From Minisyncoccota bacterium (GTDB taxonomy: Bacteria > Patescibacteriota > Minisyncoccia > Phycocordibacterales > Phycocordibacteraceae), in NCBI GenBank assembly GCA_041658485.1, contig JBBAAE010000001.1, positions 11,889-75,888 of the forward strand: a stretch of 64,000 bases of DNA, in the 5' to 3' direction. Shown piece after piece: positions 9,680 to 18,887 of this stretch. The notes under the pieces were generated by a model, which was not told the origin of the DNA, searched no databases, and was given only the letters and a program-made list of their open reading frames with translations. The translations under genes and the position numbers were made by a program. How positions within the stretch are numbered: position 1 is the stretch's first letter; each line of letters starts with the position of its first letter.

Positions 9680-9868
9680 TCAGAAATACTGTTTACCGAC
9701 CGGCAGCGTTTCAGCTTCTTCTTTGTATCTCTTCTGATCCGCAGGAGAAAGTGCTCCTAGTTTTTCAAAAGCTCTAGTACGAAGCGCACGAATAGACTCC
9801 CCAAGACTGAGAATTTCTGCTACAGGATCTTGCTGACGAAAACTCCTTCTATCAGGATTTAGTGCCAT
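9680..9868 (-). CDS. Small hypothetical protein (62 aa)
   Basis: ORF fills the gap between the MBL gene and the terminator; helical-looking composition. Confidence 0.55.
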   Translation of the reverse strand: MALNPDRRSFRQQDPVAEILSLGESIRALRTRAFEKLGALSPADQKRYKEEAETLPVGKQYF

Positions 9869-9927
9869 TTTGAATTAAAAATTTTATTTCGTAACAAGTG
9901 CTTAGTCTATAAAAAAGCACTACTTTG

Positions 9928-11304
9928 TCAAACGAGAGGAATTTCGTATGTCTCACCCTCTCTCGGTACATCAACGGGAATATTAAGGAATCCTGCGATT
10001 CGTTGTGCTAAAAATGTCGCTGACTCTGTTTCCCCCAATATTACAAAAACATGCTTAGGGTTAACATTTTCAGCAAAGGTCATAAGATCATCTCTGTCGG
10101 CGTGTGCAGAAAATCCGTCCGTTGATAGTATTGTTGCTCGCACCTTAACTTCAACCCCATCTATATTTACTGTCCGTGCACCATCCTTCAATCTTCGTCC
10201 TAAACTCCCTGGCACCTGATAGCCCACAAGCAAGAGCGCGGTCGACTTCTGTGGAAGATACTTCGCCTCATGCCTTCTAATACGCCCACCGTGGCTCATA
10301 CCAGCCCCTGCGATGATTATTTTAGGACCGGGGTGTTTGTCTATTGCCTCCGACTCGTCTGGGTGGACACTCACTTTTAAACCTGGGAATGAAAATGGAT
10401 CGTCTCCGCCGAGAAGTCGAGCACGTATATCAGCACGAAGAAATTCTGGATGCTTTCTGTACACATCAGTTACTTTTGCAGCAAGAGGTGAATCCATAAA
10501 TACTGCTACTTCGGGAATAACGCCGTTAGTAATTGCCTTATCTAAAGAAGCAAGAATTATTTGTGTGCGTTCAAGTGAAAATGCAGGTATAAGAAGCGTA
10601 CCTTGGTTGACAATAATAGCTTTAACAGCTGACAAGAGTGCCTGCTCACTTTCTTCAAGTGAGCTGTGTGTTTTATTACCGTATACGCTTTCTGTTATAA
10701 GGTATTCCACATCGGCAGGCACTTCCCTATCGGGCACAAGAGCGGCAGGCACACGACCTAAATCTCCTGTAAACAAAATTTTCTTTCCAAAAATATCAAG
10801 AAGGATAGTGGCGGACCCTAAAATGTGTCCAGCATTGTGAAATGTTGCAGTAATTCCAGACGCAAGCTCTAATACTTTCCCATATGTTGCTTCATCAATG
10901 TATTCAACTGCCCGTATAACATCTTCAGTGGCGTACGGCGGATCATCGTTACACCGCTTTGCTTCGAGTGCGATTATCTTTACGGAGTCCTCAAGCATTA
11001 TTGGAATAAGCGCTTTAGTTGGGGCCGTTGCAAACGCACGGCCTGTAAAGCCATCCTTTATGAGCTTAGGGAATAATCCAATGTGATCAGCATGTGCATG
11101 CGTAAAAAATACAGCATTAATAGTTGCGGGGTCATATGCAAATGTTTCTCTATTTGTTGATTCGCAGAATCGTTCGCCTTGCGCGAGCCCACAATCAATA
11201 AGTATGCGTGTGGTAACCTCTCCGTTCTTTGCTTCTACCAGAAAATTTGAACCCGTGACACGCCTCGCACCTCGTGCAAACAAAATAGAAATCGATTTTC
11301 CCAT
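9928..11304 (-). CDS. MBL-fold beta-CASP ribonuclease (YSH1/CPSF73-like)
   Basis: Motifs THAHADHIG, AGHILGS, FTGDLG, ESVYG, FSAHAD. Confidence 0.92.
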   Translation of the reverse strand: MGKSISILFARGARRVTGSNFLVEAKNGEVTTRILIDCGLAQGERFCESTNRETFAYDPATINAVFFTHAHADHIGLFPKLIKDGFTGRAFATAPTKALIPIMLEDSVKIIALEAKRCNDDPPYATEDVIRAVEYIDEATYGKVLELASGITATFHNAGHILGSATILLDIFGKKILFTGDLGRVPAALVPDREVPADVEYLITESVYGNKTHSSLEESEQALLSAVKAIIVNQGTLLIPAFSLERTQIILASLDKAITNGVIPEVAVFMDSPLAAKVTDVYRKHPEFLRADIRARLLGGDDPFSFPGLKVSVHPDESEAIDKHPGPKIIIAGAGMSHGGRIRRHEAKYLPQKSTALLLVGYQVPGSLGRRLKDGARTVNIDGVEVKVRATILSTDGFSAHADRDDLMTFAENVNPKHVFVILGETESATFLAQRIAGFLNIPVDVPREGETYEIPLV

Positions 11305-11340
11305 ACCTTGTATAGTAGCAAACGCATCTGTATATACATG

Positions 11341-11382
11341 AAAAAAATAAAACTCGCCAAGGACGCAAGCGCCTCGCGAGTC
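11341..11382 (-). terminator. Intrinsic terminator of the candidate ncRNA
   Basis: Minus strand: gactcgcgaggcgc-tt-gcgtccttggcgagt followed by tttattttttt. Confidence 0.65.
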
Positions 11383-11386
11383 TATT

Positions 11387-11550
11387 GAGAAGGGTCACTG
11401 ACGGAGTATTAACCTTAGAGCCGAAGCTCCAGGTGGGTGCTCGCAACATCTCGTGCGTCGGATTCTCCGGAGAGATTCACCAGCATGGAGTGATATAAAG
11501 CTCCCTAAAGTTTTTCAACGAGGTTAATACTCCGTCACTAACCCCTCCTT
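11387..11550 (-). ncRNA. Candidate structured ncRNA (6S-like or unknown)
   Basis: Perfect 17-bp closing stem 11399-11415/11521-11537; internal hairpins including gagc-UUCG-gctc; TACGCT -10 box upstream; terminator downstream; no credible ORF. Confidence 0.55.
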
Positions 11551-11561
11551 AAGCGTAGCAC

Positions 11562-11605
11562 GCTGTCAGCTTACAGCTTATAGCTTATAGGTTTCAGCTT
11601 TCAGG
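11562..11605. repeat. 7-bp degenerate tandem array (nnAGCTT type)
   Basis: tcagctt acagctt atagctt ataggtt tcagctt tcagg. Confidence 0.8.
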
Positions 11606-11615
11606 GAGGAAAAAT

Positions 11616-12065
11616 TCATTCCCTAAGCAAGGTCATCACAATTCTTGGCTCGCCATCCCCAAAATAATTCTCTTTGAGCTCGCCAACTTTAAATCCAAAT
11701 GATTTATAGAGATTTAAAGCTTTTATATTTTCTGGATGCGTCACCAGCCATACCACTGACCCAATCTCCACATTCGAAAGAATCCCCTCAACCGCTTCGC
11801 GCGCAATACCCTGCCCTTGAAACTGGGGATCAATAGCAAAATTGGAAAGATACATCTCCTTCTTATTTGTATCCTCGCACGAGATAAATCCCGCGATCCT
11901 TCCTTTGCTTCTTATTGAGTAGGTCTGGCCTTTTTTAATATGTATAGCGAGTGCCTGTGGATCTGTAAAAGTAGAGAATGCCTTACTCTGCACCTTTTTT
12001 CCTATCACGATATATTCGTCTATGTCCGCATCAGTGGCTGTTTCTAATGTGATTCTTTTTTCCAT
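11616..12065 (-). CDS. GNAT family N-acetyltransferase (RimI-like)
   Basis: Motifs FQGQGIA, NIKALNLYKSFGF, ENYFGDGE. Confidence 0.88.
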   Translation of the reverse strand: MEKRITLETATDADIDEYIVIGKKVQSKAFSTFTDPQALAIHIKKGQTYSIRSKGRIAGFISCEDTNKKEMYLSNFAIDPQFQGQGIAREAVEGILSNVEIGSVVWLVTHPENIKALNLYKSFGFKVGELKENYFGDGEPRIVMTLLRE

Positions 12066-12105
12066 TCTATAACTTTAAAGTTGAATTGACTTTGAAAAGT
12101 ACAAA

Positions 12106-12717
12106 CTATTCCATTATTCCATCCAAATTCACGTCGTAGAGAATCTGTTCCTGCACAATACGATATTTCAAAATCTCTTCAGGCTTGAACCATACGGCAA
12201 TTTCACGTGATGCTTCTTCAGGACTTTCAGAACAATGAACGAGGTTTCTGACGGCACGGCTTTGTACAGAAGAATGGTCATACGAGTCCACAGTGTAGTC
12301 ACCGCGGATAGTACCCACATCCGATGTCTTTGGCTCTGTTGCACCCACAAGCTTCTTCACAACGGCTACTGATTCATTCCCTTCAACAACCATCATGAGT
12401 ACAGGACCTGCGGTCATGAATTTCACTATTGAGTCTATTATTTCTTTACCGTACCCGAGCGCATCCTTCTCTATTGGCAGGTTGTGCGTGGTGCGGTCAT
12501 TTAATATTCGAGTTCCTTTTTCAAGAAACCACTTCTCATCTTTATTGTAGTGACGCACAAGTTGGTCTTCCGTGGCAAGGCCAAATTTGAATGCAACAAA
12601 TTTCAACCCTGTTCTCTCTATCCGCTTCATTATCTCGCCGATAAGCGAACGCTGTACTGCGTCAGGCTTCAATATAATGAGCGTGCGCTCATTCTCAAAT
12701 TGTGCATTAGTGTTCAT
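12106..12717 (-). CDS. ndk: Nucleoside diphosphate kinase
   Basis: Motifs ERTLIILKPDAVQR, GTIRGDY, RNLVHCSES. Confidence 0.95.
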   Translation of the reverse strand: MNTNAQFENERTLIILKPDAVQRSLIGEIMKRIERTGLKFVAFKFGLATEDQLVRHYNKDEKWFLEKGTRILNDRTTHNLPIEKDALGYGKEIIDSIVKFMTAGPVLMMVVEGNESVAVVKKLVGATEPKTSDVGTIRGDYTVDSYDHSSVQSRAVRNLVHCSESPEEASREIAVWFKPEEILKYRIVQEQILYDVNLDGIME

Positions 12718-12740
12718 TCCCGCGACTATAGCATTAAGAG

Positions 12741-12851
12741 GCTTTAGTGGCTAGGGTTTAGCGTTTAGGGGAGAACGAATTGAAAAATCCTGATCCCTAC
12801 GAATCCGACGAAGCATCGTCTAAACCCTGACCACTAAACGCTAGCCCCTAG
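12741..12851. repeat. Inverted pair of 7-bp arrays (TTTAGGG-like, then CCCTAAA-like) around a ~50 nt spacer
   Basis: tttagtggctagggtttagcgtttagggg (12743-12771) and ctaaaccctgaccactaaacgctagcccctag (12820-12851). Confidence 0.8.
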
Positions 12852-15733
12852 CTCTTCTGGTTCTCTCGCATCTGATTATACTTCTGGTGAATATCAGCCT
12901 CCACAGCTTCGCGGGCTCGACCGTAGCGTTGATACGAAATCTGTTTCAATGCATCAATGTTCAAGAAGTCGCCAGGGGTAAACGGGATAGTCTCAATAGT
13001 AAAACCAGGGGTAGGCTTTCCTCCAGCAAGGAGCTTTAAATATGAATGGAAGTTGTCAATTTTTAGGAAGTCGGAAACCTCAAAGTTTGGAAATTGTTTC
13101 GCAATATACTCAGCATCATCGGGACCTACACGAAACACTGCCATCGTACCAACGTTACCAAAGACCGCTTCTTTAATTTTTGGAAGGAGCTGAGAAACAT
13201 ACTGGTGCGCCATAGTCATAGAGAGACGGAATTTTCGTGCTTCTGAGAGAATTGTTGAAATAGTATCGGTCGTGATGTTCTGGAACTCGTCAATGTAGAG
13301 ATAGAAGTTTGGAGGATTCAAATGCAAATACTCAGTACGTGCAAGTGCAGTCATCATTATCTTTCCAACAATCACAAGTCCAATCAAGTTTGCATTTACG
13401 TCCCCCAGTCGGCCTTTGGACAAGTTCACAAGAAGAATCTTCTTGTTGTCCATAATATCCTTGAAATTAAAGGCCGATCGTTGCTGACCTATGATGGGGC
13501 GCATAATTTCATTTGCGATGAAGATATCGAATTTTGAGGTGATGTACGGAACCACGTTACGCAAATCTCCTTCTCCCCGCACATTTTCTGCAATGTCTTC
13601 CCAGAAGTGCGTTACCACGGGATTTTTACAGCGCGACAATTTCAATGCGCGGAACTCATCGTCAGCGAGTACTCGCGAAATATCCATGAGTGTCGAGCCA
13701 GTATCAGGATCTTCCAAAACAAGCATCGTGGCATTACGAAAATACTGCTCGAAAATAGGGCCGAACGCTTCTGGTACATCACCATATAATTTCTTGAAAA
13801 TCTTAAACATCTCGTCCACCACGAATGTTTTTTGTTCAGGGAAGCGTGGATCATACTCAAGCATATTGAGCCCCATTGGCCTTGCGGTATATGCAGGATC
13901 AAAATAAATGAGGTCGTCAATGCGATCTTTAGGAATACGGGAAAGAATCTCCAATACATCCACACCGTGTGGGTCAATAAAACACACCCCTTCCCCATTC
14001 TCAATGTCCTGAATAATCATATTCTTCAGGAAGTTCGTCTTACCAGTACCCGTTTGTCCAATGGTATACATGTGGCGCAGGCGATCATCTGGAGTGAAAT
14101 GAATTGGCGTTGCAATATTTGAGTAACGATTAATGCCGATGACAATGCCTTTCTCAGGAAGCCCTGGTGGTGCAGGAGCAAGCTTAGCGCTTGCAGTTTT
14201 GGCTTCACGAGATGCTGTACCTCCTGCAATAGTGAGATGAAAAATAGTTGAGAGCTCTGCCAAATTCATCGGCATGAGTGGAATCTTATGCATCAAAGGT
14301 GTTGGCGCAGCCTTGCGTGTCCATTCAAGCCACAGCTGATAGAAAAATCCTTCGTGTGCTTGACGGTCAAACATACGGAAAATGAACAAGCGGAGAAACT
14401 CCCGCAACTCCTTTCTACCTTTTATATGCTTAAAACGAAGGCGATTCGCTTTTGCATCTTCATACTGCCCAAAGGTATTTTCAAGTTCCGTCAAAATTGC
14501 CATTGCCCTCTCTTTGGTGCGAGCAGAGGCAACAATGCGTAAATTCACTCCCACAATGACACTCTTGAGCTTTTTTGACACTGCGTCAGCCGCAAAAGAA
14601 TCAATATTCTTACTATCATCCTTCTTTTTTTCTTCAGAGCTTTCCAAAAAACTAGTGAAGCCTTTGTTCAATCCCTGAAAAAATCGACGCATTGGTGAGT
14701 AATGCTCCATGTACATATTTTTTCGAAATATGTCATTCGCAGAACCCTTACCTTTATTAAGTTCGTCTAAAACATAGCGGATACGCTTAGAGTGATAGTC
14801 TCCTGCTGGTGCAACGGTAATTTGAAGCGCAGCCCCTTCACCTTCTTTAGTGATTTTTGAAAGTGCTGCGAGCGTCACATTCATAGGGTCGTGACTAAAC
14901 TCTTCTGATGTCTTTAAAGGAATTGGTGGCGGGCGCTGATAGTAAGCAGACGCTGCAACAGTCACACCAAATTGGTTAAAAAGATTGTAGTCATCTTTTT
15001 TTTCAACAATACGTGCGCGAGGAAACATGGCAAAAATCTGCTTTTCAAACGTTTCCCGTTTTGCTCGAGGAACTGACAAATAAAAGACCGCTTCCTCTTT
15101 AGTGTGCGAAACAGCAATTTCCATTGTGAAATGCTGAAGATGAATCTTTTTGCGCTTGTGCCAATCCTTCAGGAAAATTGTATCGGGGAGAGCAACAAAA
15201 GGAATCATGCTCAAATAAAACTGCTCCATCTGCATGCAAACATCCTTAAGAGACCCCCCTGGTTTCCCTGGCGCAGCTTCAGGTACGGCTATATCCAAGA
15301 GAACAAAATCAAGAGCTACAGCGAGTGGGTCATTAGCACTCAGCCCTGGGATTGGATGACCAGCTGTCCGGTATTGCACAAGCAGGCGATGGAAATCATC
15401 TTCAAGGTGGGGATTATCAATGCGATCGAGCTCCCTCATGACAGCCTTGAATCCTTGGGTATGCAAAATACCCAACAACTCCTCCATGTCTTTGTCGTTC
15501 GAGTCAGGTGTAAGTTCAAGAATGATGCCTTGCTTCTGCTCTTGCTCTACCCCCTCTGGTGCCTCCGAAAGTGTAGGGAGAACAGACGCTTCGACAGGTA
15601 AGGCCGGATCCCCTCGATGTCCCCTTCCCCCTCCACCCGAACGCGCGGTCTCACGCAACTTCGTCAGTTGATGCTCAGGCGAAAGTTTCGCTGCTTTTGT
15701 ATCAATTCCTTTATTAGGATTAAATCCTGGCAT
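12848..15733 (-). CDS. CPR-type VirB4/TraG/HerA-like P-loop ATPase
   Basis: Walker A GQTGTGKT, IDPHG, Walker B LYIDEFQ, LSEARKF, AHQY. Confidence 0.85.
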   Translation of the reverse strand: MPGFNPNKGIDTKAAKLSPEHQLTKLRETARSGGGGRGHRGDPALPVEASVLPTLSEAPEGVEQEQKQGIILELTPDSNDKDMEELLGILHTQGFKAVMRELDRIDNPHLEDDFHRLLVQYRTAGHPIPGLSANDPLAVALDFVLLDIAVPEAAPGKPGGSLKDVCMQMEQFYLSMIPFVALPDTIFLKDWHKRKKIHLQHFTMEIAVSHTKEEAVFYLSVPRAKRETFEKQIFAMFPRARIVEKKDDYNLFNQFGVTVAASAYYQRPPPIPLKTSEEFSHDPMNVTLAALSKITKEGEGAALQITVAPAGDYHSKRIRYVLDELNKGKGSANDIFRKNMYMEHYSPMRRFFQGLNKGFTSFLESSEEKKKDDSKNIDSFAADAVSKKLKSVIVGVNLRIVASARTKERAMAILTELENTFGQYEDAKANRLRFKHIKGRKELREFLRLFIFRMFDRQAHEGFFYQLWLEWTRKAAPTPLMHKIPLMPMNLAELSTIFHLTIAGGTASREAKTASAKLAPAPPGLPEKGIVIGINRYSNIATPIHFTPDDRLRHMYTIGQTGTGKTNFLKNMIIQDIENGEGVCFIDPHGVDVLEILSRIPKDRIDDLIYFDPAYTARPMGLNMLEYDPRFPEQKTFVVDEMFKIFKKLYGDVPEAFGPIFEQYFRNATMLVLEDPDTGSTLMDISRVLADDEFRALKLSRCKNPVVTHFWEDIAENVRGEGDLRNVVPYITSKFDIFIANEIMRPIIGQQRSAFNFKDIMDNKKILLVNLSKGRLGDVNANLIGLVIVGKIMMTALARTEYLHLNPPNFYLYIDEFQNITTDTISTILSEARKFRLSMTMAHQYVSQLLPKIKEAVFGNVGTMAVFRVGPDDAEYIAKQFPNFEVSDFLKIDNFHSYLKLLAGGKPTPGFTIETIPFTPGDFLNIDALKQISYQRYGRAREAVEADIHQKYNQMRENQKS

Positions 15734-15754
15734 GTCTCTCAGTATAACTCCTCT

Positions 15755-15878
15755 CTCGTACTGTTTTTGGCGAATCGCTCAGTGTCTCCTGCGGACACCT
15801 TGCTCGTCCTCAACTGGATTCAGCTTCTCGCTGACCAAGCAATCCAGTTTGCGGATGTTCGCCAAAAACAGCACTCGC
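15755..15878. other. Multibranch inverted-repeat element (MITE/REP-like or RNA)
   Basis: 14-bp arms ctgtttttggcgaa 15761-15774 / ttcgccaaaaacag 15858-15871; inner stems gtgtc/gacac and aactggatt/aatccagtt. Confidence 0.6.
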
Positions 15879-15933
15879 TCTGTAAGAAAAAAGTCGTGAC
15901 TCTAAAGGCAGTGCCGATATGCACACCGAAACA

Positions 15934-16485
15934 CTAAGGGGCAGTGAGTCCTACATACTTCAGTATCTCAAATGCACCACGAGTAATCGATGAACCATCT
16001 GCCCCTACACTGAGTAATGCTTTTTTCAAAACTAACCTACCTTGTTCGTCAAAGACTCCAATTTCAGTGCCTGTAGTCTCAAACCAACATGCTATCCCGG
16101 CTTTTTCGCCCTCGAAAAGCGGCCACTCTGGAACACCTATTTCTGCACATGCACCCGCATACGCTCCGACGAAATATTCTTTACGATTCAGAGAAACTGC
16201 TACGTTCATAAGTGGGGCTCCGGAAGAATTTTTACTACCCGAATCACTGACAATCCAGTTGTATACAGGGGTTTCACACTGAGCAAATTCACAGGCGGGC
16301 CCCATCCGTCCAACAGTGCTCCCGTCTGGACAGATTTTCGCTTCTTCAGTACATACACTCGTATGTGGCACAACAGTAGTGGGAATACGGGCAAAAAAGA
16401 ACCAAGCACTGATAACCCCAACACATATAATTACACCAAAGAAAGCCCACTGAAACTTTGCCGACATCATACTAGTGTAACTCAA
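15934..16485 (-). CDS. Membrane-anchored hypothetical protein with a Cys-rich CTEEAKICPDG..GPACEFAQC motif
   Basis: N-terminal TM helix, then a Cys motif of a kind common in CPR exported proteins. Confidence 0.75.
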   Translation of the reverse strand: MSYTSMMSAKFQWAFFGVIICVGVISAWFFFARIPTTVVPHTSVCTEEAKICPDGSTVGRMGPACEFAQCETPVYNWIVSDSGSKNSSGAPLMNVAVSLNRKEYFVGAYAGACAEIGVPEWPLFEGEKAGIACWFETTGTEIGVFDEQGRLVLKKALLSVGADGSSITRGAFEILKYVGLTAP

Positions 16486-16495
16486 ATAGAGAATA

Positions 16496-16523
16496 CAAAA
16501 AAAGGCGCCGACGGCGCCTTTTA
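16496..16523 (-). terminator. Intrinsic terminator
   Basis: Minus strand: aaaaggcgccg-t-cggcgcc followed by a T-run. Confidence 0.8.
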
Positions 16524-16529
16524 GGTAGG

Positions 16530-16592
16530 TTATTTTTTCTTATCTTTCTTTGGTTTCTTTTTATCTTTACGATGTGTTTCTCCTTTTGCCAT
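16530..16592 (-). CDS. 20-aa Lys-rich microprotein (MAKGETHRKDKKKPKKDKKK)
   Basis: Translated by hand; structured leader upstream and terminator directly downstream. Confidence 0.55.
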   Translation of the reverse strand: MAKGETHRKDKKKPKKDKKK

Positions 16593-16707
16593 AGAGTATG
16601 CGATTTAGCGAAATCGTGTCGGGCACTCGATTCAGTAGAATCGTGTCGTGTACTATCCTTTGGAACACGACTTGAAGCCCGACCCTTTAAATAATGTTTT
16701 TATACTA

Positions 16708-16884
16708 TCATGTCTTTACTATTACCTTCTTACCATGACAGACACTACATATGAGCGACATATGTTGCCAGTCGCCATTTTGTTTTCTGTATCCGCGATC
16801 CTCAGTACCCCACCCGTTGCACCGTGGACATTTTTCTTCGGTAGAACCTAAAACTATCTCTCTTCCTAAGCCTTTAAAAACCAT
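16708..16884 (-). CDS. 58-aa DnaJ-type Zn-finger microprotein
   Basis: CPRCNGWG ... CSVCHGKK; ATG 13 nt after the map stop. Confidence 0.65.
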   Translation of the reverse strand: MVFKGLGREIVLGSTEEKCPRCNGWGTEDRGYRKQNGDWQHMSLICSVCHGKKVIVKT

Positions 16885-16897
16885 ACAATCTCTTGCT

Positions 16898-17662
16898 CTA
16901 AAGCTCTGTAAGAATTCGATGACCATTCTCGGTAATAAGAATAGTGTGTTCGAAGTGTGCGGCGCGCGAACCATCTTTTGTGACAAACGTATAACCATCT
17001 TTTAAAAGTTTCACGCGGGGGGTGCCTTCTGTAAACATAGGCTCAATTGCAATAACAAGTCCTGGTGTTAATGGTGCCCCAGTCCCAGCATCCCCAACAT
17101 TTGGCACATACGGCTCTTCATGGACAGAGTTCCCCACTCCGTGTCCTCCAAGTTCAAAGACAATACCATACCCGCGTTTGACGCCCACCATTTCAATAGC
17201 AGAACTTATGTCTCCTATATACCCACCTGGTTTCGCCATTTTAATACCCGCCATGAGAGCTTCCTTCGTTGCATCCAATAGTGCCTTTGCGCCCATGTCC
17301 CCCTTCCCTGCAATAACCGTGAGTGCGCTATCTACCAGTAAGCCTTGATGTGTGAGCACACAATCAAGTCCAACAATATCGCCTTCTTTAATAATGCTAG
17401 GGTTTTCATTTGGGATACCGTGCACCACCTCATCGTTAATTGAAATACAGATGGTCGCAGGGTACGGGCGTGTTGCTCCCCGCGGAGTATATCCAACCAA
17501 CGACGGCACATCACCGAAGTCTCGAATCATTTTCTCCGCAAGAGCATTGAGAGTGTCGGTTGATACTCCCGGGACTACCGCCTTACCAACAGCCGTTAAT
17601 ACTGCTGCGAGATGTTTCCCGCCTTCCCGAAGAATTGGAATATCTTTTTTTGTTGCAATCAT
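16898..17662 (-). CDS. map: Methionine aminopeptidase type I
   Basis: Motifs CISINDEVVHGIP, GHGVG..VHEEP, AIEPM, AAHFEHT. Confidence 0.97.
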   Translation of the reverse strand: MIATKKDIPILREGGKHLAAVLTAVGKAVVPGVSTDTLNALAEKMIRDFGDVPSLVGYTPRGATRPYPATICISINDEVVHGIPNENPSIIKEGDIVGLDCVLTHQGLLVDSALTVIAGKGDMGAKALLDATKEALMAGIKMAKPGGYIGDISSAIEMVGVKRGYGIVFELGGHGVGNSVHEEPYVPNVGDAGTGAPLTPGLVIAIEPMFTEGTPRVKLLKDGYTFVTKDGSRAAHFEHTILITENGHRILTEL

Positions 17663-17671
17663 TCTGTGGAG

Positions 17672-18253
17672 CTATTTCAAAACCTCTGCTACTTTTTTCA
17701 TTACTTCTTCATGCACTTCCGTAGGTGTTTGTTCACCGTTTATATCGATACATTTGCCCAATTGTTGGAAATATTCAATAGCTGGTTTCGTAAGACGATT
17801 ATACTCAGCGAGGCGCATACGGATAACAGACTCATCCTTGTCAGTTGAGTCACGGCCACGGAGAAGTGAGCGTTTTACTACTTCATCTTCACTGACATCC
17901 AAATTCAATACGGTGTATGAACGTCCCAGCCATGTACACACTTCATCAATGACTTTTGCTTGTTCAACATCACGTCCCGATCCTTCAAATATTGCGCCCT
18001 TTTCTGGAGCTAGCTTAAACAAAAACTCCTCGAGCATGTAATTAGCAACCCACGAAGGCATGAGAAGACCTTTTTCATAATCTGCCTTAATGCGATTACC
18101 TAACAGTGAACCTGATGCAACAATTTCACGAAACTTTCCTCCCGTACTAAACACGGTATACCCAAGCTTCTCTGCAAGTTGAACGCACTGCGTTTCTTTC
18201 CCAGAAGCAATACGCCCCACGAAGAAAAATAAATGTTTCTGCTGTGTATCCAT
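17672..18253 (-). CDS. adk: Adenylate kinase (short LID type)
   Basis: GRIASGKETQ P-loop, STGGKFR, RGRDSTD; lies upstream of map. Confidence 0.88.
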   Translation of the reverse strand: MDTQQKHLFFFVGRIASGKETQCVQLAEKLGYTVFSTGGKFREIVASGSLLGNRIKADYEKGLLMPSWVANYMLEEFLFKLAPEKGAIFEGSGRDVEQAKVIDEVCTWLGRSYTVLNLDVSEDEVVKRSLLRGRDSTDKDESVIRMRLAEYNRLTKPAIEYFQQLGKCIDINGEQTPTEVHEEVMKKVAEVLK

Positions 18254-18264
18254 GAATACCTATA

Positions 18265-18837
18265 TTAACCTGCAATAAGAGATTCTACGACTTCTGCAAA
18301 ACGTTTTTTAGCAGCATCCACTTCTCCCGAATGGTTTTCAATAACAAAATCAGCCTCGGACATAAAATTCATCTCATCTTGATATCGTTCTTTTCTTTTC
18401 CCTAGTTCCGTTTCCGATATTGGTGCACGAGCCCGAATCCGAGCCTCCATTTCACTCCATGAACCAGCATTCACGAAAATAACAGCTAATTCTTCTTTAG
18501 GGATTTTCTTTTGCAATTGTCGAACTCCTTGTACTTCAAGTTCTTTGAGTGCAGTCATACCTCCGTCTAGCAGTGGCATAACTTCGGATGCAAGCGTGCC
18601 GTAAAAATGCCCACCATATTCTGCCCACTCTAAAAAATCACCACTCTCGATGCGGGACTGAAACTCCTCGCGAGAAAGAAAATAATAGTGCTCGCCATGC
18701 TTCTCGTTCGCACGCATGGAACGAGTTGTTGAAGACTTTGGATATTGAAGCGCTGGGAATAGAGGGCGGATATGATTAATAAGCGTTCCTTTTCCAGAAC
18801 CAGATGGACCAATAACGAGTATGAATTTCCCTTTCAT
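18265..18837 (-). CDS. gmk: Guanylate kinase
   Basis: Motifs GPSGSGKGT, TTRSMRANEKHGEHYYF, FLEWAEYGGHFYGT. Confidence 0.93.
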   Translation of the reverse strand: MKGKFILVIGPSGSGKGTLINHIRPLFPALQYPKSSTTRSMRANEKHGEHYYFLSREEFQSRIESGDFLEWAEYGGHFYGTLASEVMPLLDGGMTALKELEVQGVRQLQKKIPKEELAVIFVNAGSWSEMEARIRARAPISETELGKRKERYQDEMNFMSEADFVIENHSGEVDAAKKRFAEVVESLIAG

Positions 18838-18887
18838 ATTTTTGCTATTTAGAAGCTACACACAAACGCTAGCCACTAAACCTTGTC

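Noticed and set aside
9680-11304. Alternative genetic code 25 (TGA=Gly)
   Set aside because: TGA terminates conserved genes at the expected ends (e.g. ehrL, MBL, rnhA), and no core gene is interrupted by TGA.
12848-15733. Conjugative element or ICE
   Set aside because: No relaxase, integrase or other T4SS genes nearby; solitary ATPases of this type are common in CPR chromosomes.
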